Of a DNA stretch of 64,000 bases, positions 58,087 to 64,000 are shown in pieces. Both the position numbers and the translations under genes were made by a program. Origin of the DNA: an uncultured Candidatus Saccharibacteria bacterium (lineage in GTDB: Bacteria; Patescibacteriota; Minisyncoccia; Phycocordibacterales; UBA9973); the NCBI GenBank assembly GCA_964527235.1, contig CAZGNC010000002.1:14275-78274 (forward strand). The letters run 5' to 3'. The notes beneath the pieces were generated by a model. That model was given only the letters and a program-made list of their open reading frames with translations. It had not been told where the DNA came from and did not search any database. Position 1 is the first letter of the stretch; each line of letters starts with the position of its first letter.

Positions 58087-58159
58087 ATGAACAATTTAGC
58101 AGAAAACCACATAAAATGCAACTTGTCTCTATAAACAGAGAATATGATATGATTGGTAC

Positions 58160-58723
58160 ATGATTGGAAGCTTGAGAGGAAAAATTACATTTAAGTCCGA
58201 GAAGTTCATACTTGTAGAGACTGGCGGGGTGGGTTACAAGGTCAACATATCCCCCGACACCCTAACCAAAGTCCCCCTAAATAGCGAAGTATCGCTATTT
58301 ATTCACACACACATACGAGAAGATATGTTCGATTTATATGGATTCCTGGACCGACAAGAATTAGAATTTTTCGAGATGCTCATCAACGTATCAGGCATAG
58401 GACCCAAGGGTGCTCTATCAATACTCGGCATTGCTTCCTTGGAGACACTCAAAAAAGCCATCAGCACTGGAGACATATCGTACCTGACCAAGATTTCTGG
58501 TATTGGCAAGAAGACTGCAGAGAAAATTGTCATCGAGCTACGAGACAAACTCGGCAAAGACACCTCATCACAGTCTCTCCAAGGAGAACTCGATGCCCTA
58601 GAAGCATTGAAGTCTCTAGGCTACTCTCAGAACGAAGCCCGCGACGCCCTCAAGAAAGTTTCTCCTGACCTCGACACCAATGCCAAGATCCGCGAAGCGC
58701 TAAAAAGCCTAGGAGGAAGATAG
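58160..58723 (+). CDS. ruvA: Holliday junction DNA helicase RuvA
   Basis: MIGSLRGKI...GVGYKV...; OB domain, two HhH motifs (SGIGPKGA, ISGIGKKTAEKI), and C-terminal domain III. Confidence 0.85.
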   Translation: MIGSLRGKITFKSEKFILVETGGVGYKVNISPDTLTKVPLNSEVSLFIHTHIREDMFDLYGFLDRQELEFFEMLINVSGIGPKGALSILGIASLETLKKAISTGDISYLTKISGIGKKTAEKIVIELRDKLGKDTSSQSLQGELDALEALKSLGYSQNEARDALKKVSPDLDTNAKIREALKSLGGR

Positions 58724-58725
58724 CC

Positions 58726-59625
58726 ATGCCAGAATTACCAGAAGTAGAAAACCTGAAGATGGGCCTCGAGCATGCCATCGTCGGGCAGAAGATCAAGAAA
58801 GTCGTGGTGAATAAGCCCAAGCTAATTTCAGGTAAGGGCACTCTCCGCACTGCCAGCGAATCCAAGAGAAAAGAATTTATCGCAGGGCTCACTGGTGAGA
58901 AATTTCTCAGCGTTGATCGCCGGGCAAAGAATCTAATATTTCATCTAAGCCACGAGAAAATCGTCATAGGACACCTAAAGATGTCTGGGCAATTTGCATA
59001 CAAAGGAAAAACAAAAGGTAAGACTTTAGTAGGTGGACATCCAATAGAAATATCCGAACACGAACTACCCAACAAACACACCCACATAATATTTGAGCTC
59101 GAGCACGGCACGCTCTACTACAACGACACCCGAATGTTCGGCTATCTACTCTACTACCCTACCCTTAAAGCATTTGAGAAAGAAAATCATTTTGCTCTTT
59201 ACGGTGTAGAGCCACTATCGAACGACTTTACTCCAAAATATTTATTCGAAAAATTAAAAGAAAAATCTGGAAAAATGAAAGCTGTCTTAATGGACCAGAA
59301 AATAGTCACCGGCCTCGGGAACATTTACGCAGATGAAGCACTCTTTGAATCTGGGATAAGACCTACACGCGCATCTTCAAGTATTACCAAAGAAGAAGCT
59401 AGTAAACTACACAAAGCAATAATCAGGATATTAGAGCGTGCGATACATGTCGGGGGTTCATCAGTCGCCACATATCGCCTACTAGATGAATCACAGGGCA
59501 ACTATGCCCGAGAACACAAAGTGTACGGCAAAGGAGGTCAAAACTGCCCACGCTGTAAAACTCCTCTGCAAAAAATATTAGTCCAAACCCGCACCACAGT
59601 TTTCTGCCCTAAGTGCCAGAAGTAG
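58726..59625 (+). CDS. mutM: formamidopyrimidine-DNA glycosylase (Fpg/Nei family)
   Basis: MPELPEVE N-terminus (catalytic Pro2, Glu3), H2TH, and a C-terminal zinc finger CPRC...CPKC. Confidence 0.85.
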   Translation: MPELPEVENLKMGLEHAIVGQKIKKVVVNKPKLISGKGTLRTASESKRKEFIAGLTGEKFLSVDRRAKNLIFHLSHEKIVIGHLKMSGQFAYKGKTKGKTLVGGHPIEISEHELPNKHTHIIFELEHGTLYYNDTRMFGYLLYYPTLKAFEKENHFALYGVEPLSNDFTPKYLFEKLKEKSGKMKAVLMDQKIVTGLGNIYADEALFESGIRPTRASSSITKEEASKLHKAIIRILERAIHVGGSSVATYRLLDESQGNYAREHKVYGKGGQNCPRCKTPLQKILVQTRTTVFCPKCQK

Positions 59626-59683
59626 CTTTGACTTTTGGTATATAAATTTGCTTTAATTTGGTTGAATCCAACCGGAGCTCTTA

Positions 59684-59836
59684 ATGTCTTCATGGGATAC
59701 GTTCGGACCACCCGAACCATGCCCTAATTGCGGACTTAGGTACTGTGGAGTACTTCAGCCGTGTCAGGGCAAAGAAAAAGATCCTGAGCCTCCAACGCCA
59801 CCCGTAGATAAAAAACCCGACAAGGCCCCGGCCTAG
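59684..59836 (+). CDS. unannotated GC-rich small ORF (50 aa): Cys-rich N-terminus (CPNC...C...C) plus Pro/Lys-rich tail
   Basis: SD GGAG 6 nt upstream. Followed by a GC hairpin (cccgac...gtcggg, 59815-59843). About 56% GC. Below the ORF-track size cutoff. Confidence 0.35.
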   Translation: MSSWDTFGPPEPCPNCGLRYCGVLQPCQGKEKDPEPPTPPVDKKPDKAPA

Positions 59837-59851
59837 GTCGGGTGTCTTGCT

Positions 59852-60346
59852 TTATAGACCCAGAATCCTAAACAACACTACACCTAATGACACAGAGACG
59901 TTTAGCGACTCTTTCTTCCCCTTCATTGGTATCTCAGCAATCACATCGCACTTATCTAAAATATTTTTAGATATTCCCGTAACTTCAGTACCAACGATAA
60001 AAGCATTTTTGTTTTTTAATTTTACTTTTTTATAGTCTACTGATTTCTCATCTTGCTCTATGGCTACAAAATAAAACCCGTCTTTCTTAAGTTTAGATAA
60101 AATTGGTGCAATAGTTTTCTTGTACTCCCAAGCCACATACTCCTCTGCCCCGAGCGCAGACTTGGCGATGTCGCTCCTCTTCCTGCCGAATCTATCAAGT
60201 GGTGCCGGGGTGTAGCCCGAGAGGTATATCTTATCTATCCCCGCTGCGTCAGCCGTACGAAACATAGCGCCCACGTTCTCTACGCTACGAATGTTATGAA
60301 GTATTAAAATGTTTTCCGATTTTTTCATTTGATTTAGCAAAATCAC
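59852..60346 (-). CDS. SpoU/TrmH-family (SPOUT) RNA 2'-O-methyltransferase
   Basis: SPOUT motifs (NIRSVENVGAMFRTADAAG, VIAEIPMKGKKESLNVSVSLGVVLF). Confidence 0.75.
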   Translation of the reverse strand: MILLNQMKKSENILILHNIRSVENVGAMFRTADAAGIDKIYLSGYTPAPLDRFGRKRSDIAKSALGAEEYVAWEYKKTIAPILSKLKKDGFYFVAIEQDEKSVDYKKVKLKNKNAFIVGTEVTGISKNILDKCDVIAEIPMKGKKESLNVSVSLGVVLFRILGL

Positions 60347-61609
60347 CTACTTGGTCAAAAAGTTTTTATTTCGCATATCTTTATGGTACGCGATAGCGAA
60401 TCTGTGGGCCTCACTGTTGGCTAAAAGTATCGCACCCTGGTGTTGTAGTGCAAGAACTCGAGACCCCAGAACACTCTTTGGCCTGTGACGTTCATCTTTC
60501 AGAACCGAAACAATATTTATATCAAACCCAGACTTCTCTATCGCCTTCTTGGCGACATTCATCTGAGCAACTCCCCCGTCTACAACCACGAGGTCAGGAG
60601 TACGCCACTCAGGGTGGTTGAACCTTCGCTCTAGAACTTCAGACAGGGCGCCTGTGTCGTTAGCCCCAGACTGTGTTCGAATCTTAAATTTTTTATACTC
60701 ACTTTTTACAGCGTTACCATTCTCTACTACTGTCATTACACCCACCATGTTCTTGCCCGACATGTGGGCAATATCATATGCCTCGATTCTAAACACCGAA
60801 GCCTGATACGACTGCCTATCAGAACGAAGTAGTGAAACATCGTTGATGTGACCCAGGGCAAATATCTGCCTCTTGATCTCAGAAGCCTTTTCGAACTCAC
60901 GAGCTTTAGCATACATAGCCATATCTTTCTTGAGGTTTTGTAAAATTTTCTTCTTCTTGCCTTGAAAGAATAAATTTATATTCTTGATATTCTCTTTGTA
61001 CATCTTTGTATCCTCCAAATCCGGCACCAGGTTTATCTGTCGGTAGAATTCTTCATAATTTTTACTCTTGTCATCCAGGAAAGGGAAAATCCTGCGGATA
61101 ATCTTTATCGCTTCTTTCAACTGCGCCCCATGAGGATAAGGGCCGTACACAGCGGAAAAATCAGAAAAATTCCGTCCGTGTCGGAGCCCGCTTGCGGGTA
61201 AAGCGGCGGAATTTTTCTGATTTTGAAGCCCTCTTTCACCCTCTAGCTCTTTACCTCTTTTTATTACCACTCTAGGTAAAGCCTCTTTGGTAATGCAAAC
61301 ATAATTAAAACTTTTATCTGACTTTTCTTTAGTGTTGTATTTAGGCTGGTACCTTTTTATAAGTTCTGCTTCTAGTATTAAAGCCTCGAGCACACTGTCG
61401 GTCTCTTCCCACCTTATATTGTCAGACTTGAAAACCATATCGAGGATCACAGGCCCTCGGGTTTCGATAAGGTCTTTGCTGAAATAACTTTTCACCCGAC
61501 TTTTAAGCTCGGTGGCTTTACCAATATATAGAATTTCTTTACCCTTCTTCCAGAAATACACCCCTGGCTTGCTTGGAATTTTAAGTTTTTTTAAATCCCC
61601 TAGTTTCAT
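60347..61609 (-). CDS. uvrC: excinuclease ABC subunit C, short form (GIY-YIG plus UvrBC-interaction plus RNase H-like endonuclease domain; no C-terminal HhH)
   Basis: GIY-YIG N-terminus (PGVYFWKKGKEILYIGKA...). Contains an in-frame palindromic insertion at 61157-61224. Confidence 0.7.
   Translation of the reverse strand: MKLGDLKKLKIPSKPGVYFWKKGKEILYIGKATELKSRVKSYFSKDLIETRGPVILDMVFKSDNIRWEETDSVLEALILEAELIKRYQPKYNTKEKSDKSFNYVCITKEALPRVVIKRGKELEGERGLQNQKNSAALPASGLRHGRNFSDFSAVYGPYPHGAQLKEAIKIIRRIFPFLDDKSKNYEEFYRQINLVPDLEDTKMYKENIKNINLFFQGKKKKILQNLKKDMAMYAKAREFEKASEIKRQIFALGHINDVSLLRSDRQSYQASVFRIEAYDIAHMSGKNMVGVMTVVENGNAVKSEYKKFKIRTQSGANDTGALSEVLERRFNHPEWRTPDLVVVDGGVAQMNVAKKAIEKSGFDINIVSVLKDERHRPKSVLGSRVLALQHQGAILLANSEAHRFAIAYHKDMRNKNFLTK
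61157..61224. repeat. 68-bp GC-rich palindromic element (18-bp perfect inverted arms around a 32-bp GC core) inserted in-frame in uvrC
   Basis: Arms aaaatcagaaaaattccg / cggaatttttctgatttt. Core tccgtgtcggagcccgcttgcgggtaaagcgg. Encodes ...LQNQKNSAALPASGLRHGRNFSDF... Confidence 0.55.
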
Positions 61610-61610
61610 T

Positions 61611-64000
61611 TTATTTTCGTAAAACTTTTTTCAGATATTTACCTGTATAACTTTTACTATTCCCGGCTACGTCTTCGGGGGTACCTTTCGCCACCAAGTT
61701 GCCACCCTCTATTCCCCCCTCAGGACCAAAGTCTACCAGGTAGTCTGAACTTTTAACTACATCTAGGTTGTGTTCTATAAGCACCACAGTGTTGCCTTTC
61801 GTTACAAGTTTATTCAGAACTTCAAGAAGCTTCTGTACATCATCATAGTGTAGCCCCACGGTTGGCTCATCAAGAAGATATATAGTTTTCTCTAAATGCG
61901 GACGATAAAGCTCACTAGAAATTTTTACGCGCTGAGCTTCTCCACCCGAGAGTGTGGTAGCTGGCTGACCAAGCTCTAAATACCCAAGCCCCACATCCAT
62001 CAATGTTTCCAAGCGATCAGAAATCGCTGGGATATCTTTGAAGAATTTGAGCCCTTCTTCGACAGTCATCTTTAGAACTTCATGAATGTTTTTCTTCTTG
62101 TATTTTACTGTTAGGGTTTCCTTATCGAAACGCTTACCCTGGCACACATCACAAGTCACATACACTGTCGGCAAGAAATGCATTTCTACTGCTATCTCAC
62201 CGTTCCCCTCACAAGCTTCACAGCGTCCACCTTTAACATTGAAAGAAAATCTGTTTATCTTCCAGCCACGTAGTCGCGCCTCTTCAGTCGCCGCAAAAAG
62301 ATCTCTAATGTGAGAGAATGCTCCCGTGTATGTCACCAAGTTAGACCTCGGGGTGCGCCCTATCGGAGACTGGTCAATGAGTATTACTCTCGAGACATAC
62401 TCGGCCCCAGTGAAAGTCGCACAGTTAAATGTCTGCGCTGATCGATACTTTCTCTCAAGACGTGCTTGTAAATTCTTGTAAAGAATTTCATACATGAAAG
62501 AACTCTTGCCAGAGCCAGAGACTCCAGTTATAGAAGTCATAACCCCCAACGGAATTTCTATATTTAAATTTTTTATATTGAAAACTTTCCCCCCAGTTAC
62601 CCTTAGCACTCCCTTACCCTCGCGGCGCTTTTCTGGAACTGGAATTTTTGCTTCTTCACGTAGGTATGCCAAGGTTCTAGAATTGCTAACATTCTTTTTA
62701 GCTGTTAGTAGTTCCTCTAAATCCCCAGCAACCACCACCTGCCCTCCATGTACGCCGGCTTTTGGGCCAATGTCTACGATGTAGTCAGATGCATATATAG
62801 TGTCCTCGTCGTGCTCAACAACCAGAATTGTATTCCCTAGGTCACGAAGGTTTAGAAGTGTTTTTATCAGGCGGTCGTTATCCCTCTGGTGAAGACCGAT
62901 AGTCGGCTCGTCTAGCACGTACAGAGCCCCGACCAAGCGAGACCCGAGCTGAGAGGCAAGCCTGATGCGCTGGGCTTCCCCTCCTGAAAGTGTGTTGGCC
63001 TTACGAGAGAGCTGAAGGTAATCAAGCCCCACATCTAACATAAACTGCAGACGTGCTTCTATCTCCTTGACTACTGGCAAAGAGATTTCTTTCTCCTGAG
63101 AAGAGAGTTTAAGATTTTTAAAAAACTCTGTCGCATCCGCGATAGAAAGGGATGCTAAATCTAAAATATTCTTCCTTATCTGTCCTGTACTAATAAAAAC
63201 ATTTAATGCCTCAGATCGAAGTCTCGCCCCATGACATGCATCACAGAGTTCTTCCCCTCCGAAATATTTGGTGCCCAGACCATTGCAGACAGGGCATGCT
63301 CCATAAGGAGAGTTGAAAGAAAATAATCTCGGCTCAACTTCGGGAAAAGAAAATCCATCATTCTTGCAAGCAAACTTTGCTGACATTACGAATTCATCTT
63401 CTCCTATTTTAACCTGCACCAAGCCATCAGACTCTATGAGCGCTCGCTCAAGAGCTTCAGCAAGTCTCGCTCTACCTGTTTCTTTGTTGTCATTTAATTC
63501 ATGTACGGCAAAACGATCCACCACAACATCGATATTGTGCGCTTTGTTCTTCGATAGGGTTATCTGCTCGCGCAGTTTCTTGATATTGCCATCCAGGCGA
63601 ACCTCAGAAAATCCTTTGCCGAGTAAATCATACAGCAGCTGATAATACTCCCCTTTACGCCCGCGGACCACGGGAGCAAGTATCATTATCTCAGTTTCAT
63701 CCCACTCTACTCCCATAACTTTCCTTACTTTTGTTTTTGAATTTTGTAAAGAAGAATTCTGTGAACCGTCGTAGGTTGAAGAATTCTTCTTTACAATTTT
63801 TTCCTCGATTTTAATCTTCTCTAAAATAAAATTTAATATTTCTTCATTAGAAAGTTTCTTGATTTCTTCTCCACACTCTGGGCAATGCGGGTGCCCGATA
63901 CGCGCATACATAACGCGCAGGTAATCATAAATCTCTGTAATGGTCGCAACAGTTGAACGCGGATTATTCGAACGAGATTTCTGATCGATAGATATAGCTG
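61611..64000 (-). CDS. uvrA: excinuclease ABC subunit A, N-terminus beyond the window
   Basis: The reading frame continues upstream of the ORF-track Met (...VATITEIYDYLRVMYARIG matches the UvrA ITEIYDYLRLLYARVG motif). Tandem ABC ATPase modules and zinc fingers. Confidence 0.9.
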   Translation of the reverse strand, partial: AISIDQKSRSNNPRSTVATITEIYDYLRVMYARIGHPHCPECGEEIKKLSNEEILNFILEKIKIEEKIVKKNSSTYDGSQNSSLQNSKTKVRKVMGVEWDETEIMILAPVVRGRKGEYYQLLYDLLGKGFSEVRLDGNIKKLREQITLSKNKAHNIDVVVDRFAVHELNDNKETGRARLAEALERALIESDGLVQVKIGEDEFVMSAKFACKNDGFSFPEVEPRLFSFNSPYGACPVCNGLGTKYFGGEELCDACHGARLRSEALNVFISTGQIRKNILDLASLSIADATEFFKNLKLSSQEKEISLPVVKEIEARLQFMLDVGLDYLQLSRKANTLSGGEAQRIRLASQLGSRLVGALYVLDEPTIGLHQRDNDRLIKTLLNLRDLGNTILVVEHDEDTIYASDYIVDIGPKAGVHGGQVVVAGDLEELLTAKKNVSNSRTLAYLREEAKIPVPEKRREGKGVLRVTGGKVFNIKNLNIEIPLGVMTSITGVSGSGKSSFMYEILYKNLQARLERKYRSAQTFNCATFTGAEYVSRVILIDQSPIGRTPRSNLVTYTGAFSHIRDLFAATEEARLRGWKINRFSFNVKGGRCEACEGNGEIAVEMHFLPTVYVTCDVCQGKRFDKETLTVKYKKKNIHEVLKMTVEEGLKFFKDIPAISDRLETLMDVGLGYLELGQPATTLSGGEAQRVKISSELYRPHLEKTIYLLDEPTVGLHYDDVQKLLEVLNKLVTKGNTVVLIEHNLDVVKSSDYLVDFGPEGGIEGGNLVAKGTPEDVAGNSKSYTGKYLKKVLRK

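Overview
Organism and layout. The window is an AT-rich (about 40% GC) bacterial chromosome segment with hallmarks of a Candidate Phyla Radiation / Patescibacteria (Parcubacteria-like) genome. These are a very compact gene layout mostly on the minus strand, no L30 gene between rpsE and rplO, no L1 gene after rplK, type IV pilus genes, large Cys-repeat surface proteins and truncated metabolic enzymes. The backbone is the ribosomal protein super-operon read on the minus strand: tuf, then rpsJ-rplC-rplD-rplW-rplB, then rpsS-rplV-rpsC-rplP-rpmC-rpsQ-rplN-rplX-rplE, then rpsN-rpsH-rplF-rplR-rpsE-rplO-secY-adk-pyrH. Other housekeeping blocks are fusA with rpsG-rpsL, a pyrD-pyrE-pyrF block, secE-nusG-rplK, a glycolytic block (eno, a short pyruvate kinase, gpmI), the DNA repair genes ruvA, fpg, uvrC, uvrA and ruvX, pilMNO, and six tRNAs.

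What stands out.
1. The ribosomal operons are interrupted several times. The interruptions are a pilin-like gene plus two small membrane-protein genes, an antisense archaeal-type cmk, a membrane-protein gene between rpsG and fusA, and the pyrDEF block between fusA and tuf.
2. At least five short high-GC (about 55-60% GC) mini-cassettes sit in intergenic gaps of these conserved operons (rpsS/rplB, pyrF/tuf, next to tRNA-Leu, next to tRNA-Arg, downstream of fpg). Each carries its own near-consensus sigma70 promoter, a strong Shine-Dalgarno, one or more small ORFs of unknown function, and a GC-rich CCGCC...GGCGG hairpin terminator. This is the best candidate for an undescribed recurring genetic element or system.
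3. A thymidylate-synthase-family enzyme carries the Asn-to-Asp substitution characteristic of dCMP-specific paralogs. It is clustered with a DNPH1-like N-hydrolase, a CDA-fold deaminase, DHFR and a MazG-like NTPase.
4. uvrC contains an in-frame GC-rich palindromic insertion.
5. The tuf and DEAD-box helicase 5' leaders share a hairpin motif.
6. Two genes carry the same 3' terminator module.

All calls rest on reading the translations and the DNA directly. No database searches were possible.
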